DNA from: Chiloscyllium plagiosum
Taxonomy: Eukaryota
DNA: 64,000 nucleotides
NCBI RefSeq assembly: GCF_004010195.1
Contig: NC_057719.1
Span: 88,191,352-88,255,351 of the forward strand
Direction of reading: 5' to 3'
The translations under genes were made by a program, and so were the position numbers. Positions 50,555 to 64,000 of the stretch are shown here, in pieces. A model generated the notes under the pieces. It saw only the letters and a program-made list of their open reading frames with translations. It did not search any database and was not told the origin of the DNA. Numbering within the stretch: position 1 is the first letter of the stretch; each line of letters opens with the position of its first letter.

Positions 50555-52450
50555 AAACTAAAAAGGTACTGCAGATGGTGAAAATCTGAAACAAAAGCAG
50601 ATATTGTTGGTGAAACTCAGCAGCTCTGGCAGTGTGTGGAGAGGAAGTAGAGTTAATGTTTCTGGACCAGTGACCTTCCGACCTAATTGTAGCTAGGAAA
50701 AGGTATTTCAGCAAATATAGTATTTGCTGAAGTTGGGAGGAGTAAATGATTGGAGATGAAGCCCGGAGAGAAAACAGCAGGTGGGCAACCGAATGGGTAA
50801 TAGTCAGCCCGGGAGAGTGAATAGCTGTTGATAGGGACAATAGACAATAGGTGCAGGAATAGGCCATTCTGCCCTTCGAGCCTGCACCACCATTCAATAT
50901 GATCATGGCTGATCATCCTTAATCAGTATCCTGTTCCTGCCTTATCTCCATAACCCTTGATTCCACAATCCTAGAGAGCTCTATCCAACTCTTTCTTAAA
51001 TGAATCCAGAGACTGGGCCTCCACTGCCCTCTGGGGCAGAGCATTCCACACAGCCACCACTCTCTGGGTGATTAGGTGATTAGTGATAGTGGATTGTTAG
51101 TGGTAACAACCCATGTGATGACAAGGGGGATGCGTGTGGGGGTTGGGGAAAGATGCTCAGAATTTAGAATTATTGAACTTGATATTGAATCCTGAAGGCT
51201 GCAGGGTTCCCAATCAGAAAATGAGACGCTGTTCTTTCAATTTGCGCCGAGCTTCACTGGAGCACTGCAGCAAGCCTCGGGCAGAGATGTTAGCCAGCGA
51301 ACACTGGTGTTTTGAAGTGTCAGGCAACTGGAAGCTCAGGGTCATTTTTGTGGACCGAATGTAGGTGTTCTGCAAAGTGGTCACCCAGTCTCTGAGTAAC
51401 AGTGACAGGAGACAAGATTGAATACAGTGCAGGTAAATTGCAGCTTCACCTGGGATGTATATCTGGAGCTTTGGATAGTGAGAAAATGGGCATTTTCTGC
51501 ATTTGTATGGGAAAGTGTTGGGAGTGGAGCAGGAGTGGGCGAGGATGTCCTGGAGAGAATGGTCCCTGCAGAAGGCTAACAGGGGAGGGGAATATGTGTC
51601 TGGTTTTGGTATCCTGTTAGAGGTGGTGGAAATGGCACCTAACGATCCTTTGGATGTGGATGCTGTTTGGATGGGAAGTGAGGACCAGGGTGATCCTATG
51701 ATTATTATGTGTGGAAAGATGATGGGTGAGAGCAGAAATGCAGGAGAGGGGCCAGACATGGCTGAGGGGAACCGTGGTGGTGGTGTTGGTTTGGGGTTGG
51801 GGAGGGGATGGTGGTATGTGAAGCGGAGGGGTGGAGTCCTCAGTCGTGGGAAAAGGTGGCTATTTTGGAGATTCCTTTGTGGACTTTGGCATCATCAGAA
51901 CTGACATGACAAAGATGGTGAAACCAGGAGAATGGAATGGAGTCTTTAGAGGAAGTAAGGTGTGAGGATGTAAAGTCAAGGTAAGTTTGGGAGTCAGAGT
52001 TTATAGTGGAGTTTCATGGCTAGCCTATCCCCAGAAATGGAAACAGATGTCAAGGAGGAAGGAAGGAGTCAGAGATGGACCAGGTCAGAGTGAGGTGAAA
52101 ATTAGAAGCAAAATTCATACTTTTTTTTCTAATTCTGAAAAGGTGGGAGAAGCAATGATGATATCATTGGTTTTAGTGGAGAAAGAGTTGAGGGTGGGGC
52201 TGATAGCCCTGGAACAAGGAATCTTCCACATATTCCACAAACAGACGGGCATAACTGAAGCCCATGCAGGTACCCATGGCCATGCCTTTAACCTGAAGAA
52301 AGTGATTGGAGTTAAATGAGAAGTTTTTAAAAAGTGAGGACAAGCTCAGCCAGCTGGCATGTGGAGGTGTTTGGGAATGATTCAGGCCTTCTTTCCAGGA
52401 AGAAGTGGAAAGTGCTGAGACCACTCTGGGTGATGGACGTGTCAAAGGGT
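50555..52450 (-). mobile_element. Degenerate Penelope-like (Neptune-like) element, interrupted by a LINE 3' fragment (~50836-51070)
   Basis: FSFNSNHFLQVKGMAMGTCMGFSYARLFVEYVE (52173..52445) RT motif. RDHSL linker and ...RRKLKEQRLIF endonuclease tail (51214..51759). The terminus resembles 9319-9519. Confidence 0.75.
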
Positions 52451-52782
52451 TTTACTAACTCGAGCTAATCGTTTCAGAACCTGGCTGGGAGTGCTGTGAG
52501 CTGTGTCAGACAAGGATGACTGGTTTGTCACTGACACTGCAAGAAACATCTGTCAAACATGGCACATCTTGCACAATCAACATGTTTGGCATGACTCCTG
52601 TTTGTAAATGTTGATACTGGGCACAAAACAAATTTTGTAATACTTTTTGTTTCACTAGCAGAGAACTGTTGACCTATCTTAATTGCATGCATATGTCAGG
52701 AAATGCTTTATTTTTGCTGTATGTTTGCAACTTGAATCAACAGACACTCGACTGAGCAGTACGACATGGAATGCAGGCTGTT

Positions 52783-53075
52783 TTAGATTAGATTACTTAG
52801 TGTGGAAATAGGACCTTCGGCCCTACAAGTCCACACCGACCCTCTGAAGAGCAACCCACCCAGATCCATTCCCCTACATTTACCCCTTCACCTAACACTA
52901 CGGGCAATTTAGTATGGCCAATTCACCTAACTGTGGGAGGAAACCGGAGCACCTGGAGGAAACCCACGCAGACGCGGAGAGAATGTGTAAACTCTACACA
53001 GACAGTTGGCTGAGGCGGGAATTGAACCCAGGTCTCTGGCGCTGAGAGGCAGCAGTGCTAACCACTGTGCCACCG
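52783..53075 (-). mobile_element. HE1-like V-SINE
   Basis: Same consensus. Confidence 0.85.
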
Positions 53076-53379
53076 AGACGCCTGTGTGGGTCTGGAGCTA
53101 GCTGATCTGATGTATTCGTCCCTGTAGTCAAATAACATAATTCTTTTGAATAGTCCTCTGATCAGTTACCACTGAAATGTAACTTAGGCCAAAATGACAA
53201 TTCTCCTGCTCCTCGGATGCTGCCTGACCTGCCGTGCTTTTACAGCACCATGCGTATTGACTCCGAATATGAGTGAATCAAGTCTCCAGTGCGCATTATT
53301 AAGTAATGAGTCAAATTTGTCTGAGTATTTGGACTAATTGTGTTACTTTCCATACCCCTGGTTGTGAGGTTCTAATTGA

Positions 53380-54665
53380 ACTAATTTGCATATACAGTAT
53401 CTTTCACAACTTCTGAACAACCTCAAACACTGACTTCAAAAGTACTTCATTTATTGTGACATGGCATTGTAACGTAGGAAACAGCAGCTGATTTGCACTC
53501 GACAAGCTCCCACTCTCTGAATTGTTTTTTTTTAATATGATAGTTATGGGATAAATATTGATCAGGACAACAGACAGAGCTCCTCTGTTCAGGTTGATGC
53601 AGTATTATCTGAAAATGCGCACGGAACCTCCTATTTAATGTCCTATCCAAAAACATTGGGTCACCAGCCTGTATTCTTGGCTCAAGTGTCTGCAGTGGAT
53701 CACCTTCTGACTCAAATAGGAGGCTGTAGCAGTGACCAGGGTCGTTCATGTGTCCCTGACTGTCTGGGGTCTGTCTCCATAACTGACTGACAGAAATAAC
53801 ACTGGCTGCACTTACTGGAAAGTATCTGACTGTTTTCAGGATATCCTGAGTTCAGGACTGGTTGTGTTTACTGCATTGGATAAAGCTGTATTTTGTAACT
53901 GTTCCGGTGCACTTTGTTCAAAATCAATTGCAACATTTTCTCCTTGTGGCACATGTAACAAAATGATAAATAAGGGTTTCAATTGTTTCTCCACTAAGCT
54001 CTTCCCATTTCTTTGAGTTTCTCAGTCAAGCTGCAATCTAGCCATTCTAAGTTCCCTCACAGATCCTGTATACTGTGTTATCTTTTCAAATTTCTGTGGC
54101 GATCCTCCTTCAGATACAGGACTTTGCTCTTTTGTATAGCTAGTTGATTTATGGGCCTTTATGCAACCAACAGGCAGCTGCTGCTCACCCAGCAGGGTGC
54201 TGTGGGCCACTTAGCCCATCTATACTTAGATGGTGTGAAACAATGTTAAGCATTAGTATGACAGCTCTACTCGAGCTCTCCCAGCTGCTAAGGAATATTC
54301 TTACAAAGCTCAGCATTTTTGTTTCAGGATGTCCCAGGATGCTCTGTGGCCAATTAAGTAATTTGTTTCAGTGTAGGAAATGGGTGACAGCAAGGCTCAA
54401 CAAACAACAATGTAATGACATCTGGATTACGATGCTGACTGGTGAGGGAAATGCCCCGGTTCTTTGTATACTTCTACGGGATCTTTCACCTGACAGGATG
54501 GGTGGAGCCTCAGTGTTATATCTTACCAAAAAGAACTTTGATAGTATTACACTTCCATCCATACTGCACTGGAGATTGCAGGCTGAAGTGTCTACTGTGG
54601 GACTTGAACCCGCAATCCTCTGGCTCTTAAGGTGAGAGCGCTGTCAATTGAGTCACAGATGAGAG
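53380..54665 (-). mobile_element. Two old DeuSINE/SacSINE1-like relics (~53380-53740 and ~54290-54665)
   Basis: Deu-domain-like gggataaatattg.ccaggac and tactgcactggag segments; tRNA-like head gggacttgaaccc. A plus-strand relative lies at ~28330-28640. Family name is from memory. Confidence 0.5.
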
Positions 54666-54859
54666 TTCAGATAAGCAGATGCACAATGTAAAGTTGTGAC
54701 TCCTGCTCGTTGCAGAAAGATGCAGAACTACGGGTTGGCAATACTGCATGGTTAGCTCAGAACTGCTCGTGCAAGCGTCAGCTCCGATGTAATGTCCAAA
54801 AATGACCTGAGGTTTTAAACTGCCAAAGCTGTTTTTCAACAAACTGTTGCAGATGGTGA

Positions 54860-56540
54860 GAGATATAGAACATAGAACAGTACAGCACAGTACAGGCTCT
54901 TTGGCTCTCGATTTTGTCAACTTTTTATCCTACTCTTAGATCAAACTTACTTACATATCCTTCATTTTACTATTATCCATGTGCCTATCTAAGAGTCGCT
55001 TAAATGTCCCTAAGGTATCAAATTCTACTACCACACACCCACTGCTCTCTGTATAAAAAACACCTACCTCTGACATCTCCCCTGAACCTTCCTCCAATGA
55101 CCTTTAAAATTATGCCCCCTCATGAGAACCATTTCTACCGTTGGTAAAAGTCTCTGGCTATCCACACTATTTATGTTTCTCATCATTCTTGTACACCTCT
55201 GTCAAGTCACCTCTCATCCTCCTTTACTGAAATGAGAAAAGCCCTAGCTCCTTCAACCTTCCTTCATAAGACATGCCCCCCAGTGCAGGCAGCATCCTGG
55301 TAAATCTCCACTGCACCCTTTCTAACGCTTCCACATCATTCCTATAATGAGGCAACCAGAACTGAACACAATTTTCCACATGTGGACCAATTAGTGCTTT
55401 ATAGAGCTGCAGCATAATCTTATAGCTCTTAAAACTCTATCCCCCGGCTAATGAAAGCCAACACATCAAACGCCTTCTCAACAACCCTATCAACTTGGGT
55501 GGCAACTTTGAGGGATCTATGGACGTGGTCCCCAAGATCCCTGTGTTCCTCCACACTGTCAAGAATCCTGTCTTTAACCCTATAATCTGCATTCAAATTT
55601 GACTTTCTAAAATGAATCACTTCACACTTTTCTAGTTTGAACTCTATCTGCCACTTCAGCTCAGCTCTGCATCCTGTCAATGACCCAGTGCAACTTACAA
55701 CAACCCTCTACACTATCCACTACTCCACCAACCTTTGTGTCATTGGCAAACATACTAACCCACCTTCCACTATCAAAGAGCAGAGGTCCCAAAACCGATC
55801 CCTGTGGAACACCATTGGTCACCGAGCTCCAGGCTGAATATTTTTCATCTACTACCACCCTCTGTCTTCTATGGGCCAGCCAGTTCTGTATCCAGCCAAA
55901 TTTCCCTGTATCCCATGTCTCCTTACTTTCTGAATGAGCCTACCATGGGGGAACCTTATCAAACACCTTGCTAAAATTTATATACACCACAACTACTGCT
56001 CTACCTTCATCAGTGTTTTGTCACATCCTCAAAGAATTCAGTCAGGCTTGTCCTGTCATGACTTGCCCCTCACACAGCCATGCTGACCATCTCTTATCAA
56101 GCAATGCTTTTCCAAATAATCATAAATCCTGTCTGTCAGAATCCTCTCCAATAATTTGCCCACCACTGACGTAAAACTTACTAATTTTTGGGGTTATCCC
56201 TATTTCCTTTCTTTTACAAAAGAATAACATTTGCCACCCTCCAATCATCTAGTACTACTCCAGTGGACAGTGAGGACACAAAGATCATTGCCAAGGCACA
56301 GAAATCTCTTCCCTTGCTTCCTGTAGTAACCTTGGGTATATCTCATCTGCCCCAGGGAACTTATCTATCCCCATGTTTATCAAAATTTCCAGCACATCCT
56401 CCTCCTTAACATCGGACTGTTTCACGCTGTCCACACAAATGACTAGTGAATACTGAAGTAAAGGATTCATTAAGGACCTCCCTTACCTCCTGTGACTTCA
56501 GTTCCCTCCACTATCCCTGATCAGCCCTAACCTCACTGTA
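54860..56540 (-). mobile_element. CR1/HER1-type LINE
   Basis: GVPQGSVLGPLLF (55661..55858) and LERVQWRFTRMLP (55224..55415). Confidence 0.85.
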
Positions 56541-57524
56541 TGTCTGGGTGTAAATGGTATGGGTCCCAGAGCACTCCTTCTGAAAAGATTGTAGACTGAA
56601 GCAATATGAGAGCGTCCATGTAAGGTCTCTGTATGGCTCTGTGGTTTCTATTAGCTTTCTTTTCCCATTCGCATTGATTTATTATATTAACAGGCTTTAT
56701 CTCTCAAATGATGTTTTGCCAATTTTGTATGTGTGTACTCACTGTTTATATGCTGTAATAAAGAAGGTGTCTGACAGGATTTCTTGAATTAAGCAAGTAA
56801 GAGACATACTTTATTTTGCTAAAATCCACTCCAAATTTATTTTAGAATGTCAAAAAAAATCTACAGTTTGTGCACAAATGTATACATATAATAGTGGTTA
56901 ACCTTGGCCAAATTAAGATTTAATAAGAAAATACAAGATAAGCAAAAGCTTGCTTACTGGTTCTAGCTGTCCACAACTATCCAGAGGTGGTCTTCACCTG
57001 CATTTTAGTTATAGTCAGTGATATAGATATTTGCTCAATGATAGAGATATTTGTCTGCTTGCAGCAATATAGAGAGTACCCAACCCAAGCTGAAAGCCTA
57101 GATGGAATATTGCAGAGAGTGTGAAAGCTACTCACTCTGACAGTGAGTGGTTTCTGCCAAATTCAGTCTCCAGATGAGCTGTCTCCATGTCAGTTGTATG
57201 TTCAGCTTAGCTGATGTCTACATAGACGTGTTCATATACATCACACAAATAACTTCTGAGGGTTTCATTCTTCAGAGTTAACAGCTGTGAAGATGCTAAA
57301 AGCTGTTTACATGTTTCCAGGGTTTATTGTCTCGGGTCAGTTCTTCGATGGGATTAAATCTGGTGATATACTAAAGTTGGCCCCAATTACTCTAGTTGGT
57401 TAAAAACTTTTTAAAAAAAAGTCCATAGTGTGAAACTAAATAAAATTATAAATTATGACCTCAAAGTCATAAGTGATTAAAAATCATAACAATGTAATCT
57501 TGCATTACCCAGACAATTACATGT

Positions 57525-58975
57525 TCAGAGATGTTGTTATACATCCCAGAACACTCTGGGAAGCTAGGGAAGAGTTTGCTGGGCCCCTTGTTGAGATATT
57601 TGTATCATCAGCATTCATGGGTGAAGTACCAAAACACTGGAGGTTGATTAATGTGGTGCCACTACTTACGAAAGTTGGTCAAGAAAAGCCAGGAAGCTAC
57701 GGACTGGTGAGCCTGACATCATTTGTTGTTGGAGGGATTCTGATGGACATGCACTTGGAAAGACAAGGACTGATTTGGGGTTGTCAACATGACTTTGTGC
57801 ATGGGAGATTGTGTCTCATGAATTTAGCTGAGTTTTTGTTTGAGGTGATACGGGCACCTCAAGAGTGACAGATGTTATCTATATGGACTTCAGCAAGGCT
57901 TTTGATAGGGTTCCACATGGAAGACTGGTTAACTAGATTAGATCACATGGAATCTGGGGAAACTGGCTAATTGGACACACAATTGGCTTGAAGGTCAGAG
58001 ACAGAGGGTGATGGTGGAGGGTTGTTGATTGGACTGGCGACCTGTGACCAGTGGTGTGCCACATGGAATGGTGCTGGATCCACTGCTTTTGGTTATTTAT
58101 ATAAATGATTTGAACTTGAATATAAAAAATATGGCATGAAGTTTGCAGAGGACACTCAAAGTTGATGGTGTACTGGACAATGAAGGAAGTTATCTCATGA
58201 TCCATGGACCGAGGAGTGGTAGAAGGACTTTAGATAAATGCAAAGGATTGCATCTTGGTAAGGCATACTGGGACAGGACTTATACACTTAATGTAGGACC
58301 TTGGGGAGTGTTGTTGAACAAAGACTGGGTGGTACATAGTTCCTTGAAAGTGGAGTCACAAATGGACAGGGTGGTGAAGAAGGCTTTTGGCATGCTTGTC
58401 TTCATTGGTCAGTGTATTGAGTATAGGAGTTGGTATGTCATTGTTGCAGCTGTACAGGACATTGGTGAAACCACTTTTGAAATACTACGTTCAATTTTGG
58501 TTCCCACTACAATAGGAGGGATGTTGTTAAACTTGAATGAGTTCAGAAAAAGTTAAAGTTGTGCCGGAATTAGAGGGTTGAGGAGGAGGCTGAATGTGCT
58601 GTGGCTGAGTTTATTCCCCTGGAGCATCGGAGGCTGAGAGGTGACCTTTATAGAGGATTATAAAATCATAAGGGGCATGCATAAGGTGAATAACCAATGT
58701 GAGTGGATCCAAAATTAGAAGGCATAGGTTTAAGGGAAAAGGGACCTGAGGGGCAACATTTTGTACAGAGGGTGTATGGATCGAGCTGCCAGAGGAAGTG
58801 GTGGAGGATGGTACAATTATAGCATTTTAAAAGGCTATATGGGTATGTGAATAGAAAGGGTTTAGAGGGATATGAGCCAATTGCTGGCAAATGGGACTAG
58901 ATTAATTTAGGATGTCTTGGTCAGCATGGACGAGTTGGACAGAACAGTCTGTTTCCATCCTGTACAGCTCTATGT
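57525..58975 (+). mobile_element. CR1/HER1-type LINE
   Basis: IHPRTLWEARE...NVVPLL.K...PGSY (57473..57868) and YMDFSKAFDRVPH. A 3' tail copy also lies at ~62170-62410. Confidence 0.8.
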
Positions 58976-59326
58976 ACATTTGGGAGAAGCCCTTGGATGC
59001 AGCTTTCAAAGTACAGACTGTTATTGAAATTTGGTACAGATCTTTTTCCTTATATTGCATTTTAATTAACCCTGTGCATTTTTGTCATTTTCCAGCTCTG
59101 ACATTTTTTACAAGGGTGGTCTTTTTGTCATTTATTAACCCAATTGCAGTAAATTTGCTTTGGCTGTAATCCAGTTGTTTTCTGTATTATTGTATGACTC
59201 TCTGACCTCTGGAGCATGTGGGACTTAACCCCAGGACTCCTTTGCCTAGAGACAGGGATGTTACCACTGTTTCACAAGAATATCTTATGACCTTTTGTAT
59301 TTGATGAGCAGTTAAATAAAGAACAA

Positions 59327-59640
59327 GGGCAGCACAGTGGCACAGCAGCTAGCACTGCTGCCTCACGGCGCCAGAGACCGGGGTTCAATTCCCGCCTCAG
59401 GCAACTGTCTGTGTGGAGTTTGCAAGTTCTCCTAGTGTCTGCGTGGGTTTCCTCTGGGTGCTCCAGTTTCCTCCCACAGTCCAAAAATGTGCAGGTTAGG
59501 TGAATTGGCCATGCTAAATTGCTCGTAGTGTTCGGTGAAGGGGTAAATGTAGGGGAATGGGTTGCTCTTCGGAGGATCGGTGTGGACTTGTTGGGCCGAA
59601 GGGCCTGTTTCCACACTGTAAGTAAGAAATCTAATCTAAA
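59327..59640 (+). mobile_element. HE1-like V-SINE (only plus-strand copy seen)
   Basis: Head gggcagcacagtggcacag..., B box ggttcaattccc, tail aatctaatctaaa. Confidence 0.85.
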
Positions 59641-60867
59641 AAGAAGGGCATGCAATTGAAAGAACCTAACTTAAAGTAATAAGTTGTGCTGTTACTGTTC
59701 TTCATTTCAAGGTCCCATGTGTAATCAATACTGTCTATGAATCTGTTGCACTGATTCCCAGAATGGTAGCCCCTCTTCTATACAGAGCACTGAGAAACTT
59801 ACTCTTTCATTTTTATCTCTCATTTTCTTTTAATTGTAAATAACAGCCTCTTAGCTTTGACTCCACCCCAGCTGTTTTTCCTCTGTCAGCCTTGCTGTTT
59901 TCACTTATCTTAAAGTTGATCACTTGCTTCTGACAGTGTGCTTGGTATTGAATACTTTACACCTAACAACTATAAATTTGTTTGGAAATTGAATCCTACT
60001 CCTGTCCTAGATGCTAGAAACAGGGTACTACTTGTAGCTTAGAAGAGATGAGGCGGATCAAGGCCGTGAAAAAATTTGCAAATTAAGTGAGAATTTTGAA
60101 AATGATGTGGTTTGACCAGGAGCAGGTTTGGGTTAGTGAGCATGGGGTGGGTAGGTGAATGTTATTTGGTGCGAGTTTGACAGCAGAGCTTTGGCTGACC
60201 TCTAGTTTGTAAAGACAAAGTGGGAGACTAGCCAGGAGTCCATTGGCATTTCAAGTTTAAAGGTTAACAATGTGTCGTTGAGGGTTGCAGACAGCCAAGA
60301 CAGTGGCGGAGTGGAACATGGTTAGAACAGGTTGGCTCCCAGAGATGAGAGTAGCTGTTGTAGATCAAGATAGAAAGAAATCAAGGTTGCAGATACGGCC
60401 ATAGCCGATTGCTAGGAAAGGAGTGGTGTTAGTGGTTAGAAATATAGTTTTGCCAATATTTAGGAGGAAATTTCTGCTTATCAGATAAGTAGTTTGATGA
60501 TTTTGCAATAGTAATGATGGTGACGTGGAAAAACTGATGTTCCTTTTTGAATGATATTTCTGAGATGGAAGTGTAGAGCTGAGGGAAGGTTCTTGGGGAA
60601 ACCATTGATAACAGGGTGGGATTGGTAAGAGGAGTCATCCTCCTACAATTGGAGGAAAATGGAAACAGATATTTACTGTATTTCCCAGCAGTGGAGAGAT
60701 ATTGGAGGCATGTAGTGTGTTCAGTGAGGTGAAAGGGTCAAGGTGCATGTGAGGGGGGGATAGTTTACCTTGTCGGAGTCACATGGGGTCATTTGTGACT
60801 TCTGATCCGTTCAGCCCCACAACAGGGTTGAAAACTGGAGGGACTGGATCATGGATTCCAGGAAAAA

Positions 60868-61168
60868 GAGATTCGATTCCGTACAATGTGGAAACAGGCC
60901 CTTCGGCCCAACCGGTCCACACCGACCCTCCCAAAAAGTAACCCACCCAGACCCATTTCCCTCTGACTGATGCACCTAACACTACGGGCAATTTAGCACG
61001 GCTAGTTCACCTGACCTGCACATCTTTGGACTGTGGGAGGAAACTAGAGCACCCGGAGGAAACCCACGTGGAGAAGCGCAAACTCCACACAGACTGTTGC
61101 CCAAGGCTGGAATTGAACCTGGGACCCTGGTGCTGTGAAGCAGCAGTGCTAGCCACTGTGCTGCCCCA
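60868..61168 (-). mobile_element. HE1-like V-SINE
   Basis: Same consensus. Confidence 0.85.
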
Positions 61169-61380
61169 TGCTGTCCCTGTTCTGTGTGTGTTTGATGTGG
61201 ACAGTATCAAGAGAGCATTACTTTCCACTTACTTTTAGAGACAGATTTGAAAAGAAAGGGGAGGTTGGAGAGTTGGGGTTGCAGAGGAATAGGGAGATCA
61301 AAAGATTCCTTTTTGTGTTGAAGGCAAATTGGAAGGGGAAAGATAAGTAGCTGAAAAGCGAGGACTTAACAATAACAGAT

Positions 61381-61585
61381 AGGAGAAAGTGAGGACACAC
61401 ATGCTGGAGATCAGAGACAAGAAGTGTGCTTGGAAAACCACAGCTGATCAAGCAGCATTTGAGGAGTAGGAGAGTCAACATTTCAAGAATAAGCTCTTCA
61501 TGAGGAATGTCATAAAACATTAACTCCCCTGCTCCTCGGAGGCTGCCTGACCGGCTGTGCTTTTCCAGTGCCACACTTTTTGACA
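61381..61585. mobile_element. Older, degenerate palindromic Penelope-terminus mini-element
   Basis: Diverged copy of the 9665-9882 family with imperfect inverted arms. Further fragments at ~36745-36830 and ~53200-53265. Confidence 0.65.
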
Positions 61586-62534
61586 ATATTGCTTGGGAGC
61601 TAAGAAAGACCCCATGGCAAGAGTGAAGGAATTAGAGAACTATCGAAAAATGTAAAATGGAGCAGAATTAACTCTGTGGGCTATTGAGAGAGAGACCCAG
61701 CTGATCAGATGGTGTTAATCTCGATGACAATGATATCTGACACTTGCTGATGTTGATGCTACCCCCAGAGAGAGGAGTTTAAATTGATTACTTGAGGCAG
61801 AGGCAAGGGCAGAAGTTAACAAAACAGCCATTGCTTTTGTTCTCACTCCCCATTCTTTGTCCCTTTTTCTTATCACATGTACTCTGATGGTAGTATATCT
61901 AACTTTGTCCACAACCATGGAATTGGGACAGTTGCTGAGGAGCTTCATTCTGGATGCAGTTCTGTGTTGTACCTGCCCAGAGAGTGTTTTGATGGAGATG
62001 GTGTAGAGGAACTTTTAGTTTCAGTTTCAAAGAATAGAGAGAGCTTTACTTTTTTTTAGTCTTTACACTGTGTCTAGCCTGTCCTTTGTGTGTTTGATGT
62101 GGACAGTATCAAGAGAGCATTACTTTCCACTTACTTTTAGTTTAAGAGATGAGGGATTTTTACTCTGCATAAGGGACAACCTTTTCATGTAGAGGGTGGT
62201 GTGTGTATGGAATGAGCTGCCGGAGGAAGTGGTGGAGGCTGGTACAATTCCAATATTTAAAAGGCATCTGGATAGGTATATGAACAGGACAGGTTTAGAG
62301 GGATATGGGTCAAGTGCTGGCAAATGGGACTAGATTAGATTAGATTAGGATATCTGGTCAGCATGGATAAGTTGGACTGAAGGGTTTGTTTCCGTGCTGT
62401 ACATCTGTCTCATCTAACAATGTGCTGTCACTGTCCCAGGAGTGTTTGGGACAGTGCTTGGAGCTTTATTTGGTTTTCTTGTAGTTTAAAAGAGTGGTGA
62501 GGGAGGGGATTGTAACTTTCAATTTAACAAAGTA

Positions 62535-62833
62535 AAGATTAGATTACTTACAGTGTGAAAACAGACCCTTCAGCCCATACCGACCTGCTGAAGCGCAACC
62601 CATTCCCCTACATTTACCTCTTCACTTAACACTACGGGCATTTTAGCATGGCCAATTCACCTAACCTGCACATTTTTGGACTGTGGGAGGAAACCGGAGC
62701 ACCCGGAGGAAACCCATGCAGATACTGGGAGAATGTGCAAACTCCACACAGTCAGTCGCCTGAGGCGGGAATTGAACCCGGGTCTCTGGCGCTGTGAGGC
62801 AGCAGTGCTAACCACTGTGCCACCGTGCCGCCC
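62535..62833 (-). mobile_element. HE1-like V-SINE
   Basis: Same consensus. Confidence 0.85.
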
Positions 62834-64000
62834 AAAAGAGAGCTTTACTCAGTGTATTTAATTCCTCACATGCTGTCCCTGTCCTGGGAACATTTTGATG
62901 GGGATGGTATCGAGGGGACTTGCTCTTTTAAACCAAAAGTAAATGCAAAGTAGAGGTAGATCTGCAGTCAGTGTACAAGAGTAGAGAGGGCTTTACTCTG
63001 TATCTAGCCCCCATGCTGTCCAATCCTGCGTGTTTCTGAATTGGAGAGTGCTTGTTGAGTTTCTGTTTGAGCACAAAATTTAATTAAATATCCAATAGTG
63101 GGAAACAGCAGGTTCTAAAAACTTAAAATGATCCATAATGAATGGGAGATGGCAGGTGTAATGGGAAACCAGATGTGTAGCGTGTATTGCTTGGTGTTAA
63201 ATCCTCTCTAAATTCAGGTAAATGTCACTATGTTTGTCAGTGTTTAATTTTCATGATTCCCAGTCTGTCCTGAGTGGGGTTTGAATGAAAGTTGTTTTAT
63301 TCATTGTGGGATGTGGCGTTGCGAGGTGTACCAGCATTTATTGCCCTTGGGAAGGTGATGGTGAGCTACTGGTTTGAACCAGTGTAGACTACCTTTTGTG
63401 GGTTGGCCCACAATGCCACTAGGGAATGTCAGGCAATTAAGTGCTTTGAAATGTTTTACAAGATAAGTAGTGCTGTACGAAAGCACGTTGTTGTTGTTTG
63501 ACTGGACATAATTCTGGTTTGACTGTAATGCTCCCTGCAGTTGAACAGCTGCCTGCAGTCCCTGCTTAGGAATTCAGTAAAAGAGTTGCAACTTGGCTTG
63601 GGTGCAGATTTTGCCTCCCTGTGGCAATCATAAGCTGCCTGTAGGTATAGAGGTATCAGGAATAAATGTTAAATGGAAGTCTTACTTGCATATGACCTGT
63701 ATAGACCATGGTTAACAGTTGGAGCACTGCGTGCTGCTTTGATTATATCATCATATAAATTTGCTAACCAGGTTAGGGATTTCTTTGCACAAGGGAAGGT
63801 TGAGGCAGCATGATGTGCCTGGTCTTTAAATTTATGGAAGTGTTTCATAGGGTTGATGCAGGGAAAACGTTTCCACTGGTGATGAGAGTCCAGAATTAAA
63901 AAGCACAATTATAAGCAGATCGCCAGTAAATCCAATGAGGAATGATTAGAATGGAGAGTTCGTGACTATGTGGAATATTTGGGACAAATGGCATAGATGC

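Larger units (their letters stand above)
61165..63035 (+). repeat. Scattered degenerate copies of a ~60-65-bp unit (tgctgtccctgtcctgggagtgtttgatggggacagtgtagagggagctttactctgtatctaacccc-like)
   Basis: Copies at ~61168-61225, ~61960-62125, ~62410-62470 and ~62838-63035. Confidence 0.65.

Noticed and set aside
59327..59400. tRNA gene candidates with A/B boxes
   Set aside because: They are SINE heads continuing directly into V-domain and LINE tail; not bona fide tRNAs.
47849..64000. SNAP23 coding exon
   Set aside because: I looked for an N-terminal SNAP23-like peptide (...EEI..RA.Q.TDE) on the plus strand and found none, so no gene symbol is assigned.

Overview
Vertebrate genomic DNA, very likely a cartilaginous fish: the repeats look like shark HE1/V-SINEs, CR1/HER1-type LINEs and Penelope-like elements. 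The minus strand carries the 5' half of ZNF106. It has a non-coding exon 1 in a CpG island at ~47.6 kb and five coding exons (27759-27706, 21945-21884, 17088-16888, 4391-2214, 1290-597). These splice GT-AG, in phase, into a 1063-codon open frame that continues beyond the left edge. The CpG island looks like a bidirectional YY1/NRF1-type promoter, with a plus-strand splice donor for a divergent gene (probably SNAP23, by synteny only). The rest is repeat-rich intron. Four observations stand out: (1) a near-perfect 623-bp palindrome in ZNF106 intron 4; (2) TSD-flanked, ~200-bp self-complementary mini-elements and larger inverted Penelope-like elements carrying minimal hammerhead-ribozyme motifs, one intact copy lying in the ZNF106 sense strand; (3) an intronic alternative N-terminus (MPVG...) with an E-box/Meis cluster that mirrors the mammalian muscle promoter; (4) a 5-codon uORF in exon 1. 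All calls were made by eye. Repeat boundaries are approximate and family names are recalled, not searched.
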